The translations under genes and the position numbers were made by a program. The notes beneath the pieces were generated by a model. The model did no database searches, was not told where the DNA came from, and saw only the letters and a program-made list of their open reading frames with translations. From Candidatus Saccharimonadota bacterium (lineage in GTDB: Bacteria; Patescibacteriota; Saccharimonadia; Saccharimonadales; UBA10212): a stretch of DNA of 64,000 bases. Positions 27,220-37,699 of this stretch are shown here, piece after piece (within the stretch, counting starts at the first letter, position 1; each line of letters begins with the position of its first letter). The stretch covers positions 8,387 to 72,386 of the forward strand of contig JAICWR010000001.1 in the NCBI GenBank assembly GCA_025934715.1. The letters are read 5' to 3'.

Positions 27220-29715
27220 ATGATCCCTAATAGTCCGGATTTCCAAGAATTTTTATCGCATCTGACTAATAACGCGCTGCATAGTTTGCGGCACGCCGAC
27301 GCCATCGCCCGGGCCAGCGGCAGCGCTTATATTGGCACCGAGCACCTGCTGCTAGGCGTTCTGGCGCAGGAAGGCAGTATGGGCGCCAAAATACTCGAAG
27401 GCGCCGGGGTGACGCTGGACCGGGCCCGCCTGGCGCTCAACTTAACGCCCAAGACTTTAGTTATTAATATGGGCGGCAAAGGTCTGTCTGAAACCGCCAA
27501 ACTCACCCTTAAAATGGCTTGGGAAATCGCCCAGGAATTCAGCCAGGACTACTGTGGCACCGAACATGTCCTCTACAGTATTTTGAGCCAAAAGAACGCC
27601 CGTGCCACCACATTGTTGCGTGATATGAGCGTAGACGTCGACGCCCTTAGCGGCGAGGTCGAGCAATTTTTGCAGCGCCAGCAGTATGAGGGCGACGGCT
27701 CACCATCCGGCGATGGCCGCCGCCGAGGCAAAAACGCTAAAAAAAGTGCTCTGGAGTTCTTTGGCACGAATCTCACAAAATTGGCCCAGGAGGGTAAGCT
27801 AGACCCAGTGGTTGGACGTGAGCCTCAGATTAAGCGTGTCATAACTATCCTAAACCGCCGCACCAAGAACAACCCGGTGCTGATTGGTGAACCAGGAGTC
27901 GGCAAGACTGCGATCGTTGAAGGGTTGGCCCAGCGCATAATTAATGAAGAAGTGCCCGACAGCCTGCTGGAAAAGAAAATCATAACTCTCGATCTGGCCG
28001 GAATGATCGCCGGCACCAAGTACCGGGGCGAGTTTGAGGAACGGCTCAAAAAAGTCATTGCCGAACTCGAACAGGATAAAAATATCATTGTGTTCATTGA
28101 CGAGCTGCACCTGATCGTCGGCGCTGGTGCCGCCGAGGGCAGTATGGACGCCGGAAACATCCTAAAGCCGAGCCTAGCCCGCGGCCGTATCCAAATGATT
28201 GGCGCCACCACCACCGACGAATACACCCGTTATATCGAAAAAGACGCCGCTTTAGAGCGCCGTTTCCAGCCGATCCAAGTGCCGGAAGCCACACAGCCTG
28301 AGACTTTCGCTATCTTAAAAGGCTTGCGAAAACACTACGAAGACTTCCACGGCGTCAAAGTCAGCGACGAAGTGCTGCAAGACACCGTGCAGTTCGCGCG
28401 CCGCTATATCAATGACCGCTACATGCCAGATAAAGCCATAGACTTATTGGACGAAACCTCTGCTTATTTACGTGTCAATAAAGGCAAAACGCCCCCGGAA
28501 CTGCGCCAGCTTCAGAAAGAACTCCGGCTGGTTAACAGTCGGATAGACGAGGCGGTAGAGAGTGAAGACTATGAAAAAGCTGCCCGGGAAAAACAGCGCG
28601 CCAGCCAGATAAATGATGAAATTAAAAAACTCCAGGCCACTACCCGTACTGGCAAGCCTATAACCATCACCTCGGACGATGTCGCTGAAACCGTAGCCCG
28701 CATAACCGGAGTGCCGGTGACCAAAGTTATCCGGAGTGAAGCTAAATATCTGGTGAATCTGGAGAAAAACCTCGGCAAGTACATCATTGGCCAGGACGAA
28801 GCCGTTGAGACAGTGGCTAAAGCCGTCCGTCGTAGCCGGTCCGGTATTTCCAGCGAGACCCGGCCGATCGGCTCATTTATTTTCCTGGGTCCGACGGGGG
28901 TTGGTAAAACTGAACTCGCCCGGGTGCTGGCTAGGGAGTTCTTCGGCAGCACTGAGGCACTGGTAAAGATTGATATGAGCGAGTTCTCAGAGCGGCACAC
29001 TGTCGCCCGCCTGATTGGCGCCCCGGCCGGCTATGTCGGCTATGACGACCCCGGCCAGCTGACTGACCGCATCCGCCGCCAGCCCTACAGCGTGGTGCTT
29101 TTCGACGAGATTGAAAAAGCCCACCCCGATGTCTTCAATATGCTGCTGCAAATCCTTGAAGACGGAGTCTTAAGTGACTCTAAAGGGCGGAAAATCGATT
29201 TCACCAACACAATCGTCATCATGACCAGTAATGTAGGGGCCGAGAAATTGCAAAAAGAAGCTAGTTTCGGTTTTGGCGCCGTGAATGCAACAGACTTTGA
29301 TAACTTGGACGATTTGCACGAGGCCAATAAAGACAAGGTCTTGGACGAGCTCAAAAAGATGATGCGGCCCGAGCTTTTGAACCGGATTGATAAAATAATC
29401 GTCTTTAGAGCGCTGACCAAAAAAGACGCCCTGAAGATTCTTGACTTGCAGCTGGATGATTTGCGCGTCCGCCTCATTAAGAAAGGGATCGGGCTACAGG
29501 TCAGCCCCAAAGCTAAAGAATATCTCATGGAACGCGGCTACGACGCCCATAACGGCGCCAGGCCCATGCGCCGGCTGTTGCAGGAAACGGTCGAGGATGC
29601 CATAGCGGCCGGCTTACTCGACGAAAGTTACCATACGGGAGATGTGGTCACGGTGAACGCAAAGCATGGCAAAGACAAAGACGCTGAACTAATCTACGCT
29701 GCAGCAGTGGAATAG
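27220..29715 (+). CDS. clpC: ATP-dependent Clp protease ATP-binding subunit ClpC-like (class I AAA+)
   Basis: 831 aa with N-terminal Clp repeat domain and two AAA+ modules ([13 protein letters not shown]; [12 protein letters not shown]). Confidence 0.92.
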   Translation: MIPNSPDFQEFLSHLTNNALHSLRHADAIARASGSAYIGTEHLLLGVLAQEGSMGAKILEGAGVTLDRARLALNLTPKTLVINMGGKGLSETAKLTLKMAWEIAQEFSQDYCGTEHVLYSILSQKNARATTLLRDMSVDVDALSGEVEQFLQRQQYEGDGSPSGDGRRRGKNAKKSALEFFGTNLTKLAQEGKLDPVVGREPQIKRVITILNRRTKNNPVLIGEPGVGKTAIVEGLAQRIINEEVPDSLLEKKIITLDLAGMIAGTKYRGEFEERLKKVIAELEQDKNIIVFIDELHLIVGAGAAEGSMDAGNILKPSLARGRIQMIGATTTDEYTRYIEKDAALERRFQPIQVPEATQPETFAILKGLRKHYEDFHGVKVSDEVLQDTVQFARRYINDRYMPDKAIDLLDETSAYLRVNKGKTPPELRQLQKELRLVNSRIDEAVESEDYEKAAREKQRASQINDEIKKLQATTRTGKPITITSDDVAETVARITGVPVTKVIRSEAKYLVNLEKNLGKYIIGQDEAVETVAKAVRRSRSGISSETRPIGSFIFLGPTGVGKTELARVLAREFFGSTEALVKIDMSEFSERHTVARLIGAPAGYVGYDDPGQLTDRIRRQPYSVVLFDEIEKAHPDVFNMLLQILEDGVLSDSKGRKIDFTNTIVIMTSNVGAEKLQKEASFGFGAVNATDFDNLDDLHEANKDKVLDELKKMMRPELLNRIDKIIVFRALTKKDALKILDLQLDDLRVRLIKKGIGLQVSPKAKEYLMERGYDAHNGARPMRRLLQETVEDAIAAGLLDESYHTGDVVTVNAKHGKDKDAELIYAAAVE

Positions 29716-29727
29716 ACATTATACTAA

Positions 29728-30705
29728 GTGGTAATGAGAACTTTTAACCGGACACTTGGATATCTTTTTCTGCTGGCTTTGGTCGCCGCACCGATACTGC
29801 TTTACTTTAATGCCCAGGCGATCAGTGACTGGTGGGCGCTGCGCGGCTATGTGCCTCCGGCGGCCGTAGCCGCCTTGGCTAACCGCGACACCATGACTAC
29901 GTATGCTAAGCACGTTTTCTACGTTAATCATCCCGACCTTGAATCTAATGTCAACCAATTCAGAAGCGACTGTCATGAAACTGAAAAGACAATTGTGCTG
30001 GGTTGTTATCATTCCAGCCAGGACGGCATTTTTGTCTATAATGTGCAGGACAGCCGGCTGGCCGGTGTCCAGGAAGTAACCTCCGCCCATGAGATGTTAC
30101 ACGCCGTCTACGACCGTTTAAGCTCGAAGGAAAAGGATTATATTGACGGACTGCTGCAGAATTATTACAGCCACGACCTGCACGACCAGCGGATTATCCA
30201 AACCATCAATGAATATAAAAAAAGCGAGCCCAATGATGTGGTTAACGAAATGCACTCGATTTTCGGCACTGAAATCTCCAGCCTGCCAGCTCCGCTGGAG
30301 GCTTATTATAAAAAGTACTTCACCGATCGCAAGGTGGTGACTGATTACGAGGACTCTTACCAGGCGGAATTCACTAGCCGCGAAGACAAAATACAGGCTG
30401 ATGACGCCCAGCTGGCGCAGTTGCGGTCACAGATCGACAGCGAAGAGCAATCCCTCAAGCAGCAGCTTAGCCAGATAAATGGCGACAGATCCCGGCTCAG
30501 CGGGGTGCACGATTCCCAACAATTTAACTCTGAAGCGGACAGCTTCAACGCAGAAGTCGCTTCATACAATGCCGCGGTTGATAGGCTGCGTAACGACATT
30601 AGTTCCTATAACCAGCTGGTCGATTCTAGGAACTCTATCGCCAAGGAACTGACCAGTCTCGACCAGTCGATCGACACGCGCTTGACAACCCAACAGCCTC
30701 AGTAA
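29728..30705 (+). CDS. membrane-anchored hypothetical protein with HEMLH (HExxH) motif and Q/S-rich coiled-coil tail
   Basis: N-terminal TM helix (LGYLFLLALVAAPILLY), TSAHEMLHAVY, and a C-terminal ~100 aa with heptad-like Q/S/D/L composition. The track starts at GTG 29728; ATG 29734 is an alternative start. Confidence 0.6.
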   Translation: MVMRTFNRTLGYLFLLALVAAPILLYFNAQAISDWWALRGYVPPAAVAALANRDTMTTYAKHVFYVNHPDLESNVNQFRSDCHETEKTIVLGCYHSSQDGIFVYNVQDSRLAGVQEVTSAHEMLHAVYDRLSSKEKDYIDGLLQNYYSHDLHDQRIIQTINEYKKSEPNDVVNEMHSIFGTEISSLPAPLEAYYKKYFTDRKVVTDYEDSYQAEFTSREDKIQADDAQLAQLRSQIDSEEQSLKQQLSQINGDRSRLSGVHDSQQFNSEADSFNAEVASYNAAVDRLRNDISSYNQLVDSRNSIAKELTSLDQSIDTRLTTQQPQ

Positions 30706-30725
30706 TCTGTTAAACTAGAAACCAC

Positions 30726-32072
30726 ATGGCCAGGAAGCTTGGAGTTCAATACGTTTGCTCGAATTGCGGCGCTTCATACGGAAAGTGGCAAGGCCGCTGC
30801 AGTGTGTGCGGGCAGTGGAACACGCTAATAGAACAAGTCGAGGTTGGCACGGCCGTCGCTGGTTCTTCGGGCAGGGCCTTAAAAGCATCGGATATCGCCA
30901 ATGCGCTCAAAAGCCGCACCAGCCGCTTGCCGAGCGGTTTGGTGGAAGTCGACGAGGTGTTAGGCGGCGGATTTGTACCAGGCAGCGTGAGCCTGCTGGC
31001 CGGCGAGCCCGGTATCGGCAAAAGCACTCTGCTATTGCAGCTTGCCGATAACGCGTCAAAAAAGCATAAGGTTTTATATGTCAGCGGTGAAGAATCAGCC
31101 CAGCAAGTGGCCCTAAGGGCCGAGCGGCTTAAAATCAGTGATAAGTCGCTGCAGCTGGCGACTGCGACGATTGCAAACGATATCGCCGCTACGATTTCAG
31201 GAGGGGGTTATGAGCTGGTGGTCGTTGATTCCATTCAGACCGTCGCGGTCAATGAGATAAACTCCGCCGCCGGAAATGTCAGCCAGGTGACCAATAGCGC
31301 CCAACTGCTTAGCGCGGCCGCCAAATCCAGAAATACCGCGTTAATATTGGTGGGCCACGTCACTAAAGAAGGCAATATAGCCGGACCGAGACTGCTAGAG
31401 CATATGGTTGATGTTGTTTTGCAGCTGGAAGGCGACCGTTACGGTGGTTTTAAGATCCTACGCAGCGCCAAGAACCGTTACGGCTCCACAAATGAGGCGG
31501 CCATTTTTGAGATGACTGATATAGGCATGAGACCGGTCGATAATCCTTCCGCGGCTTTACTGGCGGAACGCCAAGCCAGCGATGGGTCCGTAGTGCACGC
31601 CACCATGGAGGGCAGCCGTCCTTTGCTTGTGGAAATCCAGGCCCTGGTGAATCCAACTAGCTATGGCTATCCGAAGCGCACTGCCAGCGGCATCGACCTT
31701 AACCGGGTCAACTTATTAATCGCCATGCTGGAACGCCGCACCAAGCTAAAGCTATCTGATAAAGATATTTACGTGAACATCGTCGGCGGTATCCGTCTGG
31801 CGGAGCCAGCGGCCGACCTGGCGGTGTGTATGGCCATCGCCAGCGCCGCGAAAGGCATGCAACTGAAAAAGAACGCCGTGGTGTTCGGTGAAATCGGTTT
31901 ATCAGGCGAAGTCCGCCACGTGCCGTTTTTGGAAAAGAGGCTTTCCGAAGCCAAGAAACTTGGTTTTGAAGCCGCCATCGGCCCGAGAGTCCGTTCTGGC
32001 AGGAAGCCTGGGCTATTGATGCCGGTGACCGACATCCGCAGCGCCCTCAATACTTTCCTCGAAAAAGACTAA
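30726..32072 (+). CDS. radA: DNA repair protein RadA/Sms
   Basis: 448 aa with N-terminal zinc ribbon CSNCG..CSVCG, Walker A GEPGIGKST, KNRYG motif and a Lon-like C-terminus. Confidence 0.95.
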   Translation: MARKLGVQYVCSNCGASYGKWQGRCSVCGQWNTLIEQVEVGTAVAGSSGRALKASDIANALKSRTSRLPSGLVEVDEVLGGGFVPGSVSLLAGEPGIGKSTLLLQLADNASKKHKVLYVSGEESAQQVALRAERLKISDKSLQLATATIANDIAATISGGGYELVVVDSIQTVAVNEINSAAGNVSQVTNSAQLLSAAAKSRNTALILVGHVTKEGNIAGPRLLEHMVDVVLQLEGDRYGGFKILRSAKNRYGSTNEAAIFEMTDIGMRPVDNPSAALLAERQASDGSVVHATMEGSRPLLVEIQALVNPTSYGYPKRTASGIDLNRVNLLIAMLERRTKLKLSDKDIYVNIVGGIRLAEPAADLAVCMAIASAAKGMQLKKNAVVFGEIGLSGEVRHVPFLEKRLSEAKKLGFEAAIGPRVRSGRKPGLLMPVTDIRSALNTFLEKD

Positions 32073-35071
32073 GGCTTAGCTGGTCCGCTTACACTATCGC
32101 CACCGGTGTCTGAAATGGTTATATTTGTATTGGGATTCACTGAGGAGCTGTAAGTACAGCTGGTTGCTCCGGCTGGCGCAGTACATAATTGCTTGTTATG
32201 GTCGGTATCTGTAACTGTATAAGTACCGCTACCGCCACTCCAACTAGCCTTAGTGGTGCCTATGTTTGTGATGGTTAGCGGCTGGGCCGCTCGCGTAAAA
32301 TTTACGGATTTGCTGTCGCTTCCACTGTAAAGCACACTATCAGTGACCGTAGCCGTTATCGTTCCAGACCCGCTGAACGTCGGTTTATACCCGCACTGTA
32401 CGGGTACCCCATCATTAATTTTGGAAGAGCTGCATATCTGACGGCCATTGACAGATATTGTGACCGTGCCCGGGTACTGGGGATAAGTGCTATCGTTCAG
32501 CGGATGGGTGCCGCTAAAAGGTGTCGCTGATATCGTACAGCTTGTATTGCAGTCAGAGGCGGTGATCCTTATTGTCGGCGGGCTGTCGCCGCAGTGGTGG
32601 ACATTGTCCGACGCGGCGACGGTCACATTCGACGCGCTGGGGTGACCGGGCGGGTAGAACTGATCAATCGACATCGAACTCAGGGCTGAACCGCCTCCGA
32701 GAAACTGCTTGGCGAGTGCAGGAGTGCAGTTAGTCGCTAGCAGTCCTGATACTTTGTCTATGGTCTGGGTTTGCGAACTACCCGACTTTTGCTTGAACCA
32801 GCTTGGGAAAATATCAGTTGACGGCGGCGGACCCTGTGAGTTATAAGCGATACGACTGCGATAGACAGGTAGAGTCTGGATACCAGGCGGCTGCTTCCAG
32901 TTCACCGGGCCAGTTTTCACGGTGTCGAGCGCGGATTCGATCACGTTGCGCGTTATTGGCATTGTTAAGTTTTCCATCTCGGCGTTCAATGAAACCTGCC
33001 TGGTATGGTAGCCCACCCAGGTGCCCACTGCGTACTTTGTGGTCCAGGCCATCATCAAGCCGTCGAAGTTATCATTAGTGGTGCCTGTTTTGACAGCGAT
33101 ATCCCAACCATTGTAGTGCTGGAATTTAGTGCCGTAAGCGAAGTACGAAGCCTGCGGGTCGGACAGCATATTGTTTAGTATATAAGCTGTCTGTGCGTCC
33201 ATCACTTTCTTTGCTTGGGGTTGGGTCCATTGGTAGAACGGTTTGGTGTTGGTGCCATGATAAATCTTTAAAATATAGGTGGCAGGGATGGCTTCGCCCA
33301 TGCGGCCGAGCGTGGATAGGCCATTCAGATGCTGGTCAAGGTGCAGGTAACCGCCGTCGCCGATACCGGACGAAGGCGTGCAGGGAGCCTGGTCGGCCAC
33401 AGACGCCTGGGTAACGTTAACCCCATCTTTATAACAGTGGTAACCGACATTGCCGTCCATCATGGCGTCGGCGAGATTATCCACCTTGTTTATGGATGCC
33501 TGCTGGTTACCGGGCACTACCGAGAGAGTGGCTTTGACCGCCGGTATGTTTCTCGAGCCTCCTAGTGCGTAGCGGATGGTCATCGGGCCAGGCGAGCGCC
33601 GGTCAAAATCCCACAGGCAATTGCCGTGGGGCGGCAGCTGCCGGCTAGTGCAGGGGTAACCCGGTAGCGGATCGACAATATCATAAAGTATGGAGCCGGC
33701 GCCGGCGTTAGTGTTCCCGATTAAAGCGCTGTAGTCGTATGGCTTGATGCTGGAGCCAGGAGAGATGGGCCACTGAGCATAATTTATCTGCCCGTAAGTG
33801 GAATTGTTAAAGTTAGTACCGCCGACTAAAGCCATCATCTGGCCCGTCTGGACATCTTCCGTGACCGTCGCCTCTTCATCGCCACCGGCGAACTGGACGT
33901 TGGGCAGATTTTCTGCCACTCGTTGTTCGGACACTTTCTGCATGTTCATATCCAGCGTGGTGATGACTTTCCAGCCGCCGACGTTAGCGGTTTCACCGGC
34001 GAAACGCTGGTCGAGCTCCCGCTTTGCGGCTAGCACGAAGTAAGGCGCCCTGATACCGGCGTATTTGGTTTGCTGCGGCTGGACTTCGGCTAAGACGTCG
34101 TGCTGCTTGGCGGCCTTGGCCTGGACCTGGGTGATTTTATGCTGCGAGGCCATCTGGTCGAGCACATAGTCGTAGCGGGCCATAAAGAGCTTTTGATCAA
34201 AATCAGCCTTGTCGTAGGGCGAGTACAAAGAAGGCGCTTTAGGTATAGCGGCCAGCATCGCCGCCTCTGGAAGGGTCAGCTGACTGGCGTTTTTATGGAA
34301 ATAATCACCAGCCGCCGCCTGGGCGCCGTAATCAACGCCGCCGTAAGGGACCACATTAAGGTAGCTGGTCAAGATCTGGTCTTTAGTATAGGAACGTTCC
34401 AGCTCGACGGCCAATATCAGCTCCTTGAGTTTTAAAGCTATCGTCCGTGGCTGGTTGTAATCCCGCGTCAGCTTCACCAGCTGCTGAGTGATGGTCGAGG
34501 CGCCCTGGGTGCCGCCGTGGTGCAGAACGTCGGCCACCGAAGCCCTTATATAGCCTTTGGGGTCAAACCCACGCTCCGAGTAAAAATTCTTGTCCTCCAC
34601 GGCGACTGTGGCATCTTTCAGGTAAGGGCTGATTTCATTGCTTTGGACGGGAACCCTCTTAACAGCATTGTAGTCCTGCCAAAGCAGGATTTTGCCGGTC
34701 CGGTCGTAATAACTGATGCTGCCTCCCAGGTTGCTGCCGGAAATATCAGAGATACTTTTTAGGTCCTTGCGGAAATAGGCGAATATACCAAGCGTGATGA
34801 TAAACAACACCATGATAAATATACCGACCACCTTGAGGGCCATGATAGCGCCGTCGCGGCTGAACCAATATTCAGCCAGCCGGCGGGGGTGCATGCGCCA
34901 GGCGAGCCTTTTTATCCTGGATTTGGGCAGGCCTCGCATCCGGTTCACTTTTCTTAAGGCTTTGGCCTGGCGCATAGCGTTGTAGTGCTCGCCCAGCGAG
35001 CGGTTCACTTTAAGAACCTTGCCGCTCCGCGTGGTGATCGGCTTAGACGATGGTCTGACTGGTCTTCTCAT
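32069..35071 (-). CDS. bifunctional class A penicillin-binding protein (PBP1A-like) with long C-terminal beta-rich extension
   Basis: 1000 aa with TM anchor, glycosyltransferase motifs (EDKNFYSERGFD, GASTITQQ), a transpeptidase module and a ~230-aa S/T/G-rich C-terminal region. Confidence 0.9.
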   Translation of the reverse strand: MRRPVRPSSKPITTRSGKVLKVNRSLGEHYNAMRQAKALRKVNRMRGLPKSRIKRLAWRMHPRRLAEYWFSRDGAIMALKVVGIFIMVLFIITLGIFAYFRKDLKSISDISGSNLGGSISYYDRTGKILLWQDYNAVKRVPVQSNEISPYLKDATVAVEDKNFYSERGFDPKGYIRASVADVLHHGGTQGASTITQQLVKLTRDYNQPRTIALKLKELILAVELERSYTKDQILTSYLNVVPYGGVDYGAQAAAGDYFHKNASQLTLPEAAMLAAIPKAPSLYSPYDKADFDQKLFMARYDYVLDQMASQHKITQVQAKAAKQHDVLAEVQPQQTKYAGIRAPYFVLAAKRELDQRFAGETANVGGWKVITTLDMNMQKVSEQRVAENLPNVQFAGGDEEATVTEDVQTGQMMALVGGTNFNNSTYGQINYAQWPISPGSSIKPYDYSALIGNTNAGAGSILYDIVDPLPGYPCTSRQLPPHGNCLWDFDRRSPGPMTIRYALGGSRNIPAVKATLSVVPGNQQASINKVDNLADAMMDGNVGYHCYKDGVNVTQASVADQAPCTPSSGIGDGGYLHLDQHLNGLSTLGRMGEAIPATYILKIYHGTNTKPFYQWTQPQAKKVMDAQTAYILNNMLSDPQASYFAYGTKFQHYNGWDIAVKTGTTNDNFDGLMMAWTTKYAVGTWVGYHTRQVSLNAEMENLTMPITRNVIESALDTVKTGPVNWKQPPGIQTLPVYRSRIAYNSQGPPPSTDIFPSWFKQKSGSSQTQTIDKVSGLLATNCTPALAKQFLGGGSALSSMSIDQFYPPGHPSASNVTVAASDNVHHCGDSPPTIRITASDCNTSCTISATPFSGTHPLNDSTYPQYPGTVTISVNGRQICSSSKINDGVPVQCGYKPTFSGSGTITATVTDSVLYSGSDSKSVNFTRAAQPLTITNIGTTKASWSGGSGTYTVTDTDHNKQLCTAPAGATSCTYSSSVNPNTNITISDTGGDSVSGPAKP

Positions 35072-35184
35072 TAATTAACCTTATACTCCGTTCGCAATAA
35101 TTATACCAAAAGCAATAAGTATAAAATGGTGAAAATATTCCGTTATACTAATGTAATAAAAGGTAATTTTCTGAGAATGAGCTT

Positions 35185-36429
35185 ATGAGCCTATCCGACG
35201 ATCTGGTTTGGCGCGGCCTGATAAAAGATAAGACCTTTGCTGACAACCGGTGGCTGGACAAACCCCAAAAATTTTATCTTGGTATCGATGCCAGCGATAG
35301 CAGCTTAACCATTGGCAATTTAGCCGTAATAATGCTGGCCCGGCGCTTTTTGGAAGCCGGCTGGGAAACAATTCTTTTGGCCGGTGGAGCAACCAGCCTA
35401 GTTGGGGATCCGGGAGGGAAAGAAGAGGAGAGGCAGTTACAAAGCCGGGAAGAGATCGCCAAAAACATCGAAGGCATCAAAACCCAGATGGAAAAGCTAT
35501 TTTCAGGCAAAGAATACGAACTGGTGAATAATTTAGATTGGCTTGACAATCTAAAATACTTGGATTTTTTGAGAGACATCGGTAAAAGCTACGCTATGAC
35601 GGAGTTGTTGCAGCGGGAATTTGTCGTTGCCCGCGTAGGCGAAGGCTCTAGTGGTATAAGTTACGCGGAGTTTAGCTATTCGCTGTTGCAGGGTTATGAT
35701 TTTTGGTGGCTATTCAACAATAAAAGCGTGGTGATGCAGATTGGAGCCTCAGACCAGTGGGGTAATATGCTGTCAGGGGTGGCTTTAATCCGCAAAAAAG
35801 ATGGCAAAGAGGCTCATGCCATGAGCATGCCCCTGGTCATCGACAAGGTTTCAGGGCGAAAATTCGGCAAAAGCGAAGCCGGGGCAATCTGGCTGGACCC
35901 TCAGCGCACTTCGCCGACCCAGTTCCATCAATTCTGGATGAATGTTGAAGACTCTGAGGTTGAAGAATTTCTCAAGATTTACACATTGCTGTCCAAAGAA
36001 GAAATCGGGAGAATTGTTAGCGAGCATGCAAAAAATCCGCAGGCCCGGTCTGGCCAGAGCCGGCTGGCCCAAGAGCTCACAAAGCTGGTCCATGGTGATC
36101 AGCCAGCAGCCTTCGCAGAGAAAGTCGCTGATTATTTGACTGGAAAACAGCCGATTGGCCAAGCGGACAAACAGGTGCTGGCAGAAGTCCGGCAGTCTAT
36201 ACCGAATCTAAAAGTACAACCCGGCAGCTCTATAACCGACGTGCTGACGGATTCAGGGCTCGCTGAATCAAAATCTGATGCCCGGCGTTTGGTCCAGGGC
36301 AGGGCGATTTATGTCAATGGCGAACCTTTTGATAAAGACCACCTTGAAGCCGGGGATTTCAAAAACGGGCATCTGATGCTCCGCCGTGGCAAGGCCTTCA
36401 AAGATTCCGCCCTTATAGAGCTCGCCTAG
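35185..36429 (+). CDS. tyrS: tyrosyl-tRNA synthetase (HIGH motif replaced by TIGN)
   Basis: 414 aa, collinear by eye with bacterial TyrS (GGATSLVGDPGGK, GASDQWGN, KFGKS). C-terminal S4 domain. Confidence 0.92.
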   Translation: MSLSDDLVWRGLIKDKTFADNRWLDKPQKFYLGIDASDSSLTIGNLAVIMLARRFLEAGWETILLAGGATSLVGDPGGKEEERQLQSREEIAKNIEGIKTQMEKLFSGKEYELVNNLDWLDNLKYLDFLRDIGKSYAMTELLQREFVVARVGEGSSGISYAEFSYSLLQGYDFWWLFNNKSVVMQIGASDQWGNMLSGVALIRKKDGKEAHAMSMPLVIDKVSGRKFGKSEAGAIWLDPQRTSPTQFHQFWMNVEDSEVEEFLKIYTLLSKEEIGRIVSEHAKNPQARSGQSRLAQELTKLVHGDQPAAFAEKVADYLTGKQPIGQADKQVLAEVRQSIPNLKVQPGSSITDVLTDSGLAESKSDARRLVQGRAIYVNGEPFDKDHLEAGDFKNGHLMLRRGKAFKDSALIELA

Positions 36430-36430
36430 T

Positions 36431-37699
36431 ATGCAGGATTTCCTTGGCACACTGATAGGCAAGGCCGTTAGGCTGATTTTGTCCTACCGCACGGGCGGCG
36501 GCCACGCTTTACCGGGCCTAGTGGTTGAAAAACTTTTCCCCCGCTATGTCAGCTCTATGCTCTCCCAGATCCCGGGAGGGGTTGTCATCATAACAGGTAC
36601 TAATGGCAAAACCACCACCACAAAGATCGTCTCGCACCTGCTCAACTCCAACGGCCTGCGGGTTTTGACTAATCCCACCGGCAGTAACTTGACACGTGGT
36701 ATCGCGTCGTCATTGGCCCAGCACGCTAATGCCTTTGGCAGGCTCAAATACGACATTGCCATTTTAGAGGTTGACGAAGCGACTGCGCGCCGTCTGGTTG
36801 GGCTTGTTGCGCCCCGTTGGGTTTTAGCCCTGAATGTCAGCCGCGACCAACTTGACCGTTATGGCGAAGTGGACACCATCGCCTCATATATAGGGTCGGC
36901 TCTGGAAGCTGCCACAGAGGGGGTGATAGTAAACGCTAACGATCCTCATTTGTCCGAACGGGTTAAAAAAGTTAAAAAGCCGGTGTACTATTTTGGCGCA
37001 TCTCCTAGACTAAGCAAGTTCTTCCCGAGTGATTATGATCTGGCCGCTGTTGATTCCAGTATCGAAAAAGCGACAAAATCGCACAAAACAGATGTGGAAT
37101 TATATAGGTTCAATGGCCAAAAGGTAGAATACCTGGTTGGCGGCAAGAAATATGCGGCTAATTTGCAGCTGTCCGGCCAACACAACTTCTTAAATGGCGC
37201 GGCGGCTTTGGCGCTTTGCCGCCGGCTATTGCCGCCTGAGAAGGCGCAGGGCCTGGTGGCTGAGCTTTCCAGGGTTTCCTTAGCGTTTGGCCGGGGCGAG
37301 AAATACCGCCTGAAAAATGGCGCCGAAGTTGAGCTGGTGCTAGTCAAGAACCCGGCTAGCTTCACGCAAGCCCTCTTGTCTTATGGTGGCGCGGGCGCCC
37401 ACTTAATGATCGCTATCAATGATAATATTGCCGATGGCCGTGATGTGTCATGGCTTTGGGATGTGGACTTCTCGCCGCTTAATGGGCACGGAGTGCGTCT
37501 GACCAGCGGCAAACGGGCCGCAGATATGGCACTCCGCCTGCGCTACGACGGAATCGAAACCCAAAAAATCGAGCCCCAACTGCAGCCGGCGCTCCACGCC
37601 TTAAGCCTTGGTTCCGGCCGCAAAGTCATCCTCTCGACTTACACCGCAATGCTGCAGCTGTATAACTACTTGAACAAAAACGCCGAGAAGATCACATGA
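36431..37699 (+). CDS. murT: lipid II isoglutaminyl synthase subunit MurT (Mur-ligase family)
   Basis: 422 aa with GTNGKTTTT P-loop and a Mur-ligase middle domain. Directly followed by, and overlapping, the GatD-like amidotransferase gene. Confidence 0.85.
   Translation: MQDFLGTLIGKAVRLILSYRTGGGHALPGLVVEKLFPRYVSSMLSQIPGGVVIITGTNGKTTTTKIVSHLLNSNGLRVLTNPTGSNLTRGIASSLAQHANAFGRLKYDIAILEVDEATARRLVGLVAPRWVLALNVSRDQLDRYGEVDTIASYIGSALEAATEGVIVNANDPHLSERVKKVKKPVYYFGASPRLSKFFPSDYDLAAVDSSIEKATKSHKTDVELYRFNGQKVEYLVGGKKYAANLQLSGQHNFLNGAAALALCRRLLPPEKAQGLVAELSRVSLAFGRGEKYRLKNGAEVELVLVKNPASFTQALLSYGGAGAHLMIAINDNIADGRDVSWLWDVDFSPLNGHGVRLTSGKRAADMALRLRYDGIETQKIEPQLQPALHALSLGSGRKVILSTYTAMLQLYNYLNKNAEKIT

Noticed and set aside
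27100-27220. A CtsR operator (tandem GGTCAAA-type heptads) upstream of clpC and clpP, as expected for Gram-positive clp genes.
   Set aside because: No such direct repeat is present. The inverted repeat found matches CIRCE instead.
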